IMG/VR virus record: IMGVR_UViG_3300037755_000497 | Span: 1-64,000 of that record | DNA: 64,000 nt | Strand: one strand, 5' to 3' | DNA from: a virus | In this document: in pieces, positions 37,979 to 47,481 of the stretch | Layout of the letters: each line of letters opens with the position of its first letter | Numbering within the stretch: position 1 is the stretch's first letter | Position numbers and translations under genes: made by a program | The notes under the pieces: generated by a model | The model's input: only the letters and a program-made list of their open reading frames with translations | Told to the model about the DNA's origin: nothing | Databases searched by the model: none

Positions 37979-38419
37979 TTATTTTTTTCTTCTTATATTG
38001 CCCTTAACTTCTGCCCTTTTGTTATTGGCTATATTTGTTAATTGTTGCCCCTTTTCTTTCATTGATGTGGTTGCTGACTTACATATATTGTAAACATAAT
38101 TTGCTTCAATAAGAAAATCTTCGGCTTCATTTACAGCACTATCTAATTCTACGTTAGCTTGAACTTGTGGTATATTTAATGGTTTCCCTTTGTTTTTCTT
38201 TTTAGACCATTTTAAAATTGCTTTGGCCCTTGCTTGTTTCAATTGCTTTTCGGCCATTTCTTTAATAGCAATGGCTTCACCAAAACTAAGACCAGTGTTG
38301 TTCATGCTGGAAGATAATTCAATTATTTCTTTGTCAATATTTGAGGCGTTTATCTTAACCCTTTCCTTAAATTTATCAACTTTCTTTTTGTATTTGTTTT
38401 TTACTTTTATAATATCCAT
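37979..38419 (-). CDS. UvsY-like recombination mediator
   Basis: Helical 146 aa, VQANVELD...KEKGQQLTNIANNKRAE; adjacent to SSB. Confidence 0.6.
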   Translation of the reverse strand: MDIIKVKNKYKKKVDKFKERVKINASNIDKEIIELSSSMNNTGLSFGEAIAIKEMAEKQLKQARAKAILKWSKKKNKGKPLNIPQVQANVELDSAVNEAEDFLIEANYVYNICKSATTSMKEKGQQLTNIANNKRAEVKGNIRRKK

Positions 38420-38420
38420 A

Positions 38421-41108
38421 TTATTTTGCCTTCTTTGCTAATTCTTCAATACTAAATTTTTCACCGTACCAGCAATCATATAAATCAAAATCTACAACTA
38501 AAGGAACTTTCCATTTCCCTTCGCCTAAAACTCTTTCCATAGTTTGATGGCAAAGTTCCTTTACAATTTTCATTTCACTTTTTGGCCCTTCACCAACAAG
38601 ACCATCGTGAATTGACAAAAGAATTCTTGATTTTAATTTTCTTTTCCTTAACTCTTTTTCTAACTTCAATTTACCCTCAACATAGATTTCATTAGCGTAA
38701 CCCTGAATTGGGAAGTTCATTGCTTGCCTATGAATAGCACCTATATCAAAATCACGCTTCTTACAGTCTTGCGAGTGTTCAGAATTGAACCATTCTGATG
38801 CAGCTGTAAATCTTCTTTTTCTACCTGTTTCTGGTAACTCAAAAAGGCCTACATCAATTGATTGGTCACATATTTCTTCACGCCAATCATGCAAGTAATG
38901 GTACTTCTCAAAGTAAATATCTATCATGTCCTGAACATCTTCAACGTCCATACTAAATTGCTGGGCTAAAGTGTTGGCATCCATACCATAGTTAAGTCCA
39001 AAACCAAGTGTTTTTGCGAAAACCCTATGTTCATCAAATATACTTGATAACAATATTTTATTTTCAATTGATTTTAATTTCTTCTTATTCTTCCTATACT
39101 TTTCTTCCCAATTTTTTGGTGGCTTGTAGCTTCTTATTTTTGCAAATTTTTCTTCTGTCATATCCTTATCAAGGAAACCCAATGTAGTGCCAAACTTAAC
39201 AACGTTCCTTGTATGTAGATCAACACCTTGTTGTATTTCTTTAATCATGGTCTTATCTTTTGATAAGAACGCACCTACCCTTAATTCCAACTGTGCAAAG
39301 TCAGCTGAAAATAGAATCCAATTCTTTTTCTTCGTTTTAAACAATTGCCTAATATTAGCATCTGGAAAAAGTGGGTTAGGCCTTGGTATATTTTGAAGGT
39401 TTGGTTCACTTGATGACATCCTTCCAGTTCTTGGCGTGTGAATATTCCAACTACCATGAATGAAACCTTTATCATCTACTGATTGGAGTAAACCGCTTTC
39501 GCCATCTTTACCATCAAGGAACGTCTTCTTCATTGTTGAAAGACTTCTATGCAATAATATCAATTTTGGTATCTTTGCGTATTTTCTTTTCCTTGCAAAT
39601 TTTTCTAAAGTATCAGCACCAACCGAGTAACCTTTTTTACCACGCTTAATTCCCATTTCTTCAAATGGGTAATCTTTAGATTCAAAGTAGGCCAGAAGTT
39701 GGTCTGGTGAATTCAGGTTTAAATCTTTTATCTTTGTTGCTTTTCTTACTTTACTTTCTATGTCAATAATTTTTGCATCAAAAAGCCTACCAATTTCTTT
39801 TAATCTTTCAACGCCAAACTTCATCCCACGGTATTCACAATCGGTCATTAATTGAGTTAATGGCATTTGCCTATCAAAAAATAATTTTTCTAGTTTTTCT
39901 TTTTTTAATTCTTTTCTAATTTTTTTCTCAAGCCTATTATTGCCACAAACGTCAATTGCAAGATATTTGCAAATCATTAAAGGTGGAATGAATTGATAGG
40001 ATTTTTTATTCTTATGTGATTTGTTTGTGTACGGCCACAGAAGTGTATCGTAAGCACCGTAGTTAATTCCCCTTAACTTCATGCAAGTATTCAAATCGTG
40101 CTTTTTGTTTTCATCAATAAGCGCATCGCCTATGATGGTATCAAAGTCAAAATTTTTATATGGAATTTTATTTTTCCTACCAAATTTTTGGTCGAACTTT
40201 CCATTATGAAGTGTCTTTTTTGCTTTAGATGCATTAACCCTTCCTACAGTAGCAAAAATTCTTTTCTTGTTCGCCTTTACAAATTTATTTATTTTCTTTG
40301 CTAACTTTCTATCTTCATCTGTCCATAGTTTGTGATTCATGTGAATATCTTCATATTCAAGCATAGGTACTATTGTTGCAAATTTTCCGTTATCAGCATA
40401 ACCAGCGTTAATTATTTTGTGCTTATAAAATTTTAATCCTGTAGTTTCGTAATCTGTGTTGAACCTTTCAACGTTTGAATAGTATTCTTCAAATTCTCTT
40501 AAATCTTTTTTTGATAACACTAATTTAAATTCTGGGTCTTTGGTTCTTCCATCATCACCAGTTTTTGCAAATTTTTTTGCTTTCTTCAAATCATTGATAA
40601 TATAATCGTCAAATTCCCATTTTGTTAAAGCTGAAACTGGTGAATAGGTTGGTATTATTTTTGTTGAAAATGTCCTTTCTTTTTTCTTATATTTGTAATC
40701 AATATCAAAATCATCAATGTGCCCCTGGAAATCACCAATGGTATTTTCATTCATTAATTGCATCAATGGTGCTTTACCCATACAAACAATTATCTTTGGC
40801 CTTACTTCCAGAATTTCTTTGGCTATATGACTTTGACAAGCTACAACGTGCTTCTTCCCAATATCACTTGGCTTGAATGCTTTACATTTAACTGCAAATG
40901 TTAAGTAAACATCATCACGATTGATTCCAGCTTTTTCTAAAAGGTAGTTTAATTTTGAACCGCCATCACCAGAAAATGGTTCACCAGTCTTGTCATCTGT
41001 AAATGAAGGGCAATCACCCACTAGCATGATACTAGCTTTAGAAGGGCCAACGCCTTCCATACAATTTGTATCACATTTATAAGCTAAATCACAATTATCG
41101 CAAAACAT
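38421..41108 (-). CDS. polA: Family A DNA polymerase with N-terminal family-4 UDG-like domain and 3'-5' exonuclease
   Basis: DYETTGL, HNGKFD, YLAID exo motifs; RTGRMSSSEPNLQNIP, DFAQLELR, AKTLGFGLNYG, NFPIQG, IHDG. Confidence 0.95.
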   Translation of the reverse strand: MFCDNCDLAYKCDTNCMEGVGPSKASIMLVGDCPSFTDDKTGEPFSGDGGSKLNYLLEKAGINRDDVYLTFAVKCKAFKPSDIGKKHVVACQSHIAKEILEVRPKIIVCMGKAPLMQLMNENTIGDFQGHIDDFDIDYKYKKKERTFSTKIIPTYSPVSALTKWEFDDYIINDLKKAKKFAKTGDDGRTKDPEFKLVLSKKDLREFEEYYSNVERFNTDYETTGLKFYKHKIINAGYADNGKFATIVPMLEYEDIHMNHKLWTDEDRKLAKKINKFVKANKKRIFATVGRVNASKAKKTLHNGKFDQKFGRKNKIPYKNFDFDTIIGDALIDENKKHDLNTCMKLRGINYGAYDTLLWPYTNKSHKNKKSYQFIPPLMICKYLAIDVCGNNRLEKKIRKELKKEKLEKLFFDRQMPLTQLMTDCEYRGMKFGVERLKEIGRLFDAKIIDIESKVRKATKIKDLNLNSPDQLLAYFESKDYPFEEMGIKRGKKGYSVGADTLEKFARKRKYAKIPKLILLHRSLSTMKKTFLDGKDGESGLLQSVDDKGFIHGSWNIHTPRTGRMSSSEPNLQNIPRPNPLFPDANIRQLFKTKKKNWILFSADFAQLELRVGAFLSKDKTMIKEIQQGVDLHTRNVVKFGTTLGFLDKDMTEEKFAKIRSYKPPKNWEEKYRKNKKKLKSIENKILLSSIFDEHRVFAKTLGFGLNYGMDANTLAQQFSMDVEDVQDMIDIYFEKYHYLHDWREEICDQSIDVGLFELPETGRKRRFTAASEWFNSEHSQDCKKRDFDIGAIHRQAMNFPIQGYANEIYVEGKLKLEKELRKRKLKSRILLSIHDGLVGEGPKSEMKIVKELCHQTMERVLGEGKWKVPLVVDFDLYDCWYGEKFSIEELAKKAK

Positions 41109-41120
41109 AAACCTACACCA

Positions 41121-41378
41121 TCACCCTTGTTCAGAGTAGTAATTTAAACGCTCTAATGTCTCAAAGTCAACATCATCTTCTGATGATAACCTTATTTTTT
41201 TCTCGGCCTTCCTAAGTGACATTTGAACTGTTTTCTTGGCCCTTTTTAACGCATCACTTACTTTTTCTTTGTTCTTGACATTAGTTGAATAAGATATGTG
41301 TACATCCCGACTTTCGTAGTCACCAATTTGCACTTTCACACCTTCGCTATAACTAATCCTATCTAATTCATCACCCAT
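41121..41378 (-). CDS. Conserved phage hypothetical protein
   Basis: VKVQIGDYESRDVHIS pattern. Confidence 0.6.
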   Translation of the reverse strand: MGDELDRISYSEGVKVQIGDYESRDVHISYSTNVKNKEKVSDALKRAKKTVQMSLRKAEKKIRLSSEDDVDFETLERLNYYSEQG

Positions 41379-43267
41379 TATCTCTTACCTTTATTTTTTA
41401 CTGACCTAGATTTCATTCCATATTTCTCTCTAAATTTTTGTACTGCTTTATCGTAAGAAAGACCCGAATCAAAATACTTTGCTTTACGGCCGTTGAAATT
41501 TAACAAGCATGAACCACCGTCACCCCATCTGGAAGTAACATGAACTTCTGTGACAGTTTCCATTTTTGATTTTGATTCTTCTGCATTGTCTTCACCGTAA
41601 TTGTCATTTGTCTTAACCCTTCTGTGCAAGATAACTAATGAATCCAAGTCTTGGTAAATTGAAGATGAATCTTTTAAATCGTTAGCTGTTGGAACTCTAT
41701 TGTTTTCAACTTTTCTTGGTTGCGCAATTAGCACAAATAATATACCAAGTTGTTCTGCTAATAATTTAAATCTTCTAGTTACTTCACCAATTTTATCTTT
41801 TACATTATCACCACGAACTAGGAAGTGTAAGTGGTCAAAACAAACTGCTTTAACACCGTAACGATGTACAACATTTGTTATCTTCTCACACATAGCTTCT
41901 AATTCAATTATCCCGTCTTCTGGGTAACCAAGGTACATAATATCCGCTGGGTTTTCAAACCTTGCTTGCCGTATTTGTAGTTCTGTTAAGTTATCGACAT
42001 GTGTAAAATCTGAAACAGCATTAGCAATAGTTTTTTCGGCCATTCTTAATTGTCTCATTTCACAACATTCAATATAAGTTGGTATCCCTTGTTTTCCCAA
42101 ATCTAAAAACCAATCAGCTACCCATGTTGTTTTACCAACTTTTGGATTCGCTGTTACTACAACAAAGTAACCAGGTTTAGAACGTGGTAAAATCCTATTT
42201 ACCCTTTCCCATCTTGTGATAAATCCAATTAGTTCATCGTCATCAGCTGTGTGCCTAAGTTTAATTAATTCCCTGTAAGCATCTGTCAACGACATTACAG
42301 ATTTTACTTGGAATTGTTTTGCTAATGTAACTAACTTCCTAAAGTCCTTTTCCGTATATCTTGGTGCTTGCTTATCTTTATCCCAAAAATACTGGTTGGC
42401 ATCTTTTAATAGTTTCTTCTCCCCTTCTTCTATTATCTCATGCTGGGGCAAAAGAACGTTGTAGCACCTGTTCATTCCAAGACGCTTGGCCATTTTTTCA
42501 GCACCATCTTGACCGTCAACATCATTATCGTAAACTAAATTAATTCTCTCAAATCTTTCAAGCCTTTCATACCATTCTGGTTGCATGGCCTTTGCACCAG
42601 TAGTAACAGCTACAACATTTTCAAAACCAGCGTTCCATAGTGCTATGGCATCAAGTTCAGCTTCACATAGGAATATTTCTTTTATTTCCTGGTTATCTAA
42701 TATTTCATCATGGAAAAGGGAAGACTTGCCACCTGTTATTCTACGCCACTTGAATTTCTTATCTTTAAACTGGATGGCCCTGAATTTTACGTTGACAAGC
42801 ACCCCATTTTCCCAGAAAGGAAGTGAAACGTATTCATACCCTTTCTTCTTCCAAGAACCTAGCATAAAATGCTTGATTGCTTTCATGGAAAAACCACGTT
42901 CATTTATTAAATAATCTTTCGCTTTCCTTTTACTATTCTCAATTTTATTAAAATATTTATGTGCCAATGTCTGGTCAATATCAGCATCTTCATGTTCATC
43001 ATTACTTGGTTTTTTAAGTTCTATATTTGCACGCTCATTGTCACCAGTTAATTTGTTAAATTCTTTCTGTAGTGACTTTATAGAACGCCCTTTAACACCG
43101 CACCCACCATTAAGACAATTCCAATAACCATAATAAGCGTGGTTGTTATTATTATTAATACCAAACCTTTGCCTATCATCATCACAGAATGGGCAATCAG
43201 CTTGCAAGTTATTACCGACTTGTAAAACCTGTAAACCTTTACCTTCTAAATATTCCCTTAAGTCCAA
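41378..43267 (-). CDS. Primase-helicase (T7 gp4/Twinkle-like)
   Basis: CPFC...C..C Zn domain, TOPRIM CEAELDA / YDNDVDG, ANPKVGKTT, FDHLH, IAQPRK, LKDSSSIYQD. Confidence 0.93.
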   Translation of the reverse strand: MDLREYLEGKGLQVLQVGNNLQADCPFCDDDRQRFGINNNNNHAYYGYWNCLNGGCGVKGRSIKSLQKEFNKLTGDNERANIELKKPSNDEHEDADIDQTLAHKYFNKIENSKRKAKDYLINERGFSMKAIKHFMLGSWKKKGYEYVSLPFWENGVLVNVKFRAIQFKDKKFKWRRITGGKSSLFHDEILDNQEIKEIFLCEAELDAIALWNAGFENVVAVTTGAKAMQPEWYERLERFERINLVYDNDVDGQDGAEKMAKRLGMNRCYNVLLPQHEIIEEGEKKLLKDANQYFWDKDKQAPRYTEKDFRKLVTLAKQFQVKSVMSLTDAYRELIKLRHTADDDELIGFITRWERVNRILPRSKPGYFVVVTANPKVGKTTWVADWFLDLGKQGIPTYIECCEMRQLRMAEKTIANAVSDFTHVDNLTELQIRQARFENPADIMYLGYPEDGIIELEAMCEKITNVVHRYGVKAVCFDHLHFLVRGDNVKDKIGEVTRRFKLLAEQLGILFVLIAQPRKVENNRVPTANDLKDSSSIYQDLDSLVILHRRVKTNDNYGEDNAEESKSKMETVTEVHVTSRWGDGGSCLLNFNGRKAKYFDSGLSYDKAVQKFREKYGMKSRSVKNKGKR

Positions 43268-43268
43268 T

Positions 43269-44420
43269 TTATTTATCCCTTAATTCTTCTATATACTCAA
43301 TAACGAATTCTTGTATGGCCTCTGTCCTTTCAGCTTGACATTGCTGGACATATAGTGCTTCAAATAATGAAGCTGTCTTCTGTCTTATTTTTTCATACCT
43401 TTTCTTATAAAGTTTGTTATCTTGTAAAGGCGTTGATTTTTCTTCATCAGTTAATTCAATTTCTTCTAATTCTTTAGTTCTTAAATAATCTAATAGCCTA
43501 TCTTCGGCACCACTAGTAGAAAGGTGGTTTGGCTTTGGAAAAACACCATTACCTTCATTAGCGAATTTCAAACCAGTAATCTGGGCCTTCAAAAACTTTT
43601 TAATCGTAGTTTCATTATCATTTATAATGTCAACTGCTAGTAAAAAGTGTTTAAAATCTTTTCCAGTCTGGGAAGGAACTCTAAGAACTTTCTGCTTATA
43701 AAATTCTTTCCTAAGTTTCGCCCAACGCTTTGCTAATTGTAACGCTTTTTTAATTCTCTTACTTTCAACATCTGTTACTATTTTTTTCTTTTTAGATTTC
43801 TTCTTCTTTTCTACAATTTCTACTTCATAAGAAGGGTGCCCCTTATTTTTCTTTAATTCATTTTCCCTATACTTTATTAAAGCATCACTCATAACTTTAA
43901 ACTCAACAGCTGTTACATTATCACCCCTAAACTTATTGCATCTACCACAACAAGGTAGGACATTATCAATTGTATATCCTTTAAAATTATCTATCCTATC
44001 TAAACCGCACCCAGCTTCAAACCCAATTGTTTTTACGTTACAATAGTAGCAATTTTTATTAATTATTTCAGTGTAATCACTCTTTTTTAGATTAAAATTA
44101 ACACCCCTTTCATTCGCCTGTGATTTCGCTCTATTAAATCTAATTAATGGTTTCTTTGTAGCATCCGTTATACAATTTATGCATCTTCCTAAGTATCCAT
44201 CCTTCCTGCTAGCATCACTGTTAAAAAAAGATACATCTTTTATTTTTTTACAAGCCGAACATTTCTTTTCTGTAACTATTAAACTACAGGCAACAGATTT
44301 TGCCTGTTCTTTCTTGCATTGCTTACATTGGTTTTTAAAACCTGTTTTACTTTTTGTACGTTTATCAAAATTACTAATTGATTGTTTCTTTTTACAAGTA
44401 GTACATTTTTGTTTCTTCAT
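43269..44420 (-). CDS. HNH endonuclease (CxxC repeats) fused in frame to an unrelated C-terminal helical phage domain
   Basis: CYYC...GLDRIDNFKGYTIDNVLPCCGRCNKFR; C-terminal ~190 aa is non-HNH. Confidence 0.75.
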   Translation of the reverse strand: MKKQKCTTCKKKQSISNFDKRTKSKTGFKNQCKQCKKEQAKSVACSLIVTEKKCSACKKIKDVSFFNSDASRKDGYLGRCINCITDATKKPLIRFNRAKSQANERGVNFNLKKSDYTEIINKNCYYCNVKTIGFEAGCGLDRIDNFKGYTIDNVLPCCGRCNKFRGDNVTAVEFKVMSDALIKYRENELKKNKGHPSYEVEIVEKKKKSKKKKIVTDVESKRIKKALQLAKRWAKLRKEFYKQKVLRVPSQTGKDFKHFLLAVDIINDNETTIKKFLKAQITGLKFANEGNGVFPKPNHLSTSGAEDRLLDYLRTKELEEIELTDEEKSTPLQDNKLYKKRYEKIRQKTASLFEALYVQQCQAERTEAIQEFVIEYIEELRDK

Positions 44421-44586
44421 ACAATTACCCTTATTAATAAGACCCAGGATGTATTTAGCACCCTGGGAATAAACGGTGTTCCACCAGCTGTCAGAATTAA
44501 ATTTGATTTCTCAATCTTCATCCTAATTTTTGGTAGCTTTTTTTGCATTGGTCGATGCACTATTTCCCCCACCGTTTAAAAGAAAA

Positions 44587-45684
44587 TTATTTTTTCTTTT
44601 TACCTTTTGATTTTTTCCCTGATTTTTTATCAGACTTCTTTTTAGTGGAAACTTTTTCTTTGTTTGATTTCCCACCTAACTTCTTCATTGCCCATTTCTT
44701 CAAGTCATCTGTTTTACCAATTGAGGTTGGTTTTTCAGCACCTAGAATTGAAACTAACATTAGCAATTCAGCATATTTTAACTTATCAACACCAGATGGG
44801 TTCTTTTTAAGTTTAGCTACACTTTTTTCCATTTCGGCCCGTTTAGCTTCCCTTTCTTTCTTCTTATCATTAGCAGTTTTACCTTTTGTGTCAGTTTTTG
44901 CTTTTGATTTTTTTCCTTTCGGTGCTTCCTTTACTTTTGACTTTTTACCTTTTTTAGGCTTTTCGTCTTCGTCTTCATCTTCATCTTCGTCTTCATCTTC
45001 GTCTTCTTCGTCTTCGTCTTCATCTTCATCTTCGTCTTCTTCTTCTTCATCTTCGTCTTCGTCTTCATCTTCGTCTTCGTCTTCATCTTCGTCTTCGTCT
45101 TCATCTTCGTCTTCGTCTTCATCTTCGTCTTCGTCTTCGTCTTCGTCTTCTTCGTCTTCTTCGTCTTCTTCTTCGTCTTCTTCTTCGTCTTCTTCTTCGT
45201 CTTCTTCGTCTTCGTCTTCTTCTTCGTCTTCTTCGTCTTCTTCATCAGAATCATCTTCATCAGAATCATTTTCATCTTCATCAGAATCATCATCTTCTTC
45301 GTCTTCTTCGTCTTCTTCGTCTTCTTCGTCTTCATCACCATCTTCTTCATCATCTTCTAAAGATTCTTTACAATATGGACAATGATCTTCACCAACTAAA
45401 ATATCAGAACCACAAACTGGGCAACCACCAAAGCTTCCAGAATCTTGGCCTTCGGCCGCTGCTAATCTTACAGTTTCAATTTGGTCAGCGAATAACCTGG
45501 AAGCAACAAGTGTGTTTGTAACACCAGCTAACTCTGTTAAGAAATGCATTAAGTTTAAATCGTCACCAGCTGGCACTTCAATTTTCTGTGCTTCACAAAA
45601 CTTTTGAAGCGCACCAAATAATTTTTCATAGTTTGGTTTTGATTTCTTTTCTTTTTTTGATTTTGTTTTTGACTTCTTAGCCAT
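44587..45684 (-). CDS. Zn-ribbon / poly-acidic / SAP-like protein, candidate histone chaperone
   Basis: CPVC...CPYC, ~130-residue D/E tract, K-rich flanks, LKYAELLMLVSILG...GKTDDLKKW. Confidence 0.75.
   Translation of the reverse strand: MAKKSKTKSKKEKKSKPNYEKLFGALQKFCEAQKIEVPAGDDLNLMHFLTELAGVTNTLVASRLFADQIETVRLAAAEGQDSGSFGGCPVCGSDILVGEDHCPYCKESLEDDEEDGDEDEEDEEDEEDEEDDDSDEDENDSDEDDSDEEDEEDEEEDEDEEDEEEDEEEDEEEDEEDEEDEDEDEDEDEDEDEDEDEDEDEDEDEDEDEDEDEEEEDEDEDEDEDEEDEDEDEDEDEDEDEKPKKGKKSKVKEAPKGKKSKAKTDTKGKTANDKKKEREAKRAEMEKSVAKLKKNPSGVDKLKYAELLMLVSILGAEKPTSIGKTDDLKKWAMKKLGGKSNKEKVSTKKKSDKKSGKKSKGKKKK
44963..45357 (-). repeat. GAA/GAC/GAT tract encoding ~130 mostly Asp/Glu residues
   Basis: Direct reading. 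Confidence 0.95.
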
Positions 45685-45723
45685 TTGATACCTCTTTTTT
45701 TTATTTGTTAAAAATCCCTGTTA

Positions 45724-45915
45724 TTAAAAATCTGTAGCTTTAACAGTTTTCCTATTATTATTAATACATCTTTGCTGGGCATCAGCTATCATAAGGTAGA
45801 CTTTTTCATTTAGCTTTTCTAATGCTTCACTTGAAACATTAAGACCAGTTGACTTAAGTGCTTCTTTTGTTTTTGAACCTATTAACAACATTTCCTTTCC
45901 TTGCTTACTTCCCAT
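45724..45915 (-). CDS. Bacterial-type histone-fold protein (short alpha3; Bd0055 / Leptospira face-to-face type)
   Basis: LLIGSKTKEALK (alpha1), NVSSEALEKLNEKVYLMIADAQQRC (alpha2), RKTVKATDF (RxTxxxxD); AGGAG RBS. Confidence 0.88.
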   Translation of the reverse strand: MGSKQGKEMLLIGSKTKEALKSTGLNVSSEALEKLNEKVYLMIADAQQRCINNNRKTVKATDF

Positions 45916-47458
45916 TTTTATTTCTCCTTTGAATTACGCTTACGCTACTGTAAGTGTTTAGAATGGTTTTACCTTTTCTTCTTAGCTTCTCACTTTTTGT
46001 ATCCCATAGAAAATCGAAAGTTGGTTTACTTTTTTTACCAAATAATTTCCTTAATACATCATCGTAGTCACGTTCTACCCTACCCTTCATCTGGTTAAAG
46101 TCTTGGATGTTTATAGGGATGGTGCATATACCATGGTCAAAAGTTTTTATACTTAAACCAGCAATACCTTTTCTTGTTGTTATTACAACATCAAATTGTT
46201 TTTTAATTCCCAGATTTATAATGTCAAAGAATTCTTTGTCAGCACTATATGCCAGCATAAATTCTTTCCAATCTTCTTTCCAATCTTCTTTATCGTTAAT
46301 TTCTTGTTTGCTAACGTTACCAACCAACAACTTCACACGCAAATTTTTATTTAATAATTTTTCTCTTAAATACAATCCTTGCCATCTTCTTTCAACAAAA
46401 ATAATTACTATTTTTTTCTTCTTGACTTTTTGAAGCGTCCTGTTGATTACAATTTTGTTCCTTTTTTTATCTCTGGCCATATTGTAAAGAAGTTCAGTGT
46501 TGTTACTTGTATCGTCATAATCATCACCATCGTAATCAGTTGGCACTAAATTTATTTTTGCTGGTAGCCTAGAACCTAAATCTGTATCAGGTATGATGTG
46601 AATTAATTTTCCAAACAAATCATAAATTAAATATTCTTTCCCATCTTTTCTTTTTTCATCAGCACTAAGTCCTATTCTAAATTTTGCTGGACATAAATCT
46701 AAACAACCATTGAATGAAGCCGCCCCATATCTTTGAACTTCATCAGCTATTAATATTCCACACACTGGGTAATATAAATCTTGGTTTGATTTGTTTCTTA
46801 AACTTTGAACCATACAAACATTTATTTTACCAACTTTCCTATTCCCAGGATAAGGTAAATCAGGGAAAGATTCTGTCCACGCTTTTTTTGTTGCGAATAC
46901 GCCACCAGCACCACCTATGTCTTCTAATTTTAAATTTAATAAATCATTTCTTAGTGCTTCTTTAATCCATTGTATCTGGTGAATCTTTTCCCATAGTACA
47001 ACTAGACCAACTTGTTCACTTCTTGCAATTGCTTCTAAACCTATTACAGATTTACCACAAGAACATGGGCCGCGAACAATTCCCTGTTTCTTTTTTAAAA
47101 TTATTTTTACAGCTTTCTCTTGGTCTTTTCTTAGGATTGTTTTTGAATCATATTCCGTTTTTTTTGTTACACGTTTAAATTTTATAACAACATCATGGTT
47201 TCGTTTTCTTAGTTCTTTTTTTATTCTTGGTAAGCAACCACGTGTGAATCTTATAACTTTTTTATCATCACTTATTTTAAAACTTTCGTAAATTTCAGGT
47301 TCATTGTCTGTTGGAAGCCCCATTCTTTCCATACGGATGTACATTGGGTTTATGTGTTTACATAATTTTTTTAGATTAAGGATTGCCCTTCTATCATCTT
47401 TTAAAAGTTTTTTGTAACTCAAACTTGCGTGTGAATCAACCTTGATTTTTACCTTCAA
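45905..47458 (-). CDS. SF2 helicase (UvsW/XPB-like)
   Basis: LRKDQ, GPCSCGKS, IADEVQ, GLSAD, QMKGRVER. Confidence 0.85.
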   Translation of the reverse strand: MKVKIKVDSHASLSYKKLLKDDRRAILNLKKLCKHINPMYIRMERMGLPTDNEPEIYESFKISDDKKVIRFTRGCLPRIKKELRKRNHDVVIKFKRVTKKTEYDSKTILRKDQEKAVKIILKKKQGIVRGPCSCGKSVIGLEAIARSEQVGLVVLWEKIHQIQWIKEALRNDLLNLKLEDIGGAGGVFATKKAWTESFPDLPYPGNRKVGKINVCMVQSLRNKSNQDLYYPVCGILIADEVQRYGAASFNGCLDLCPAKFRIGLSADEKRKDGKEYLIYDLFGKLIHIIPDTDLGSRLPAKINLVPTDYDGDDYDDTSNNTELLYNMARDKKRNKIVINRTLQKVKKKKIVIIFVERRWQGLYLREKLLNKNLRVKLLVGNVSKQEINDKEDWKEDWKEFMLAYSADKEFFDIINLGIKKQFDVVITTRKGIAGLSIKTFDHGICTIPINIQDFNQMKGRVERDYDDVLRKLFGKKSKPTFDFLWDTKSEKLRRKGKTILNTYSSVSVIQRRNKNGK

Positions 47459-47481
47459 CCAACACCCCTGTTAGAATTTTT

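Noticed and set aside
44543-45385. Poly-Ser (+) and KTK-repeat (-) ORFs 44543-45385 and 44931-45353
   Set aside because: Shadow frames of the acidic tract; no independent evidence
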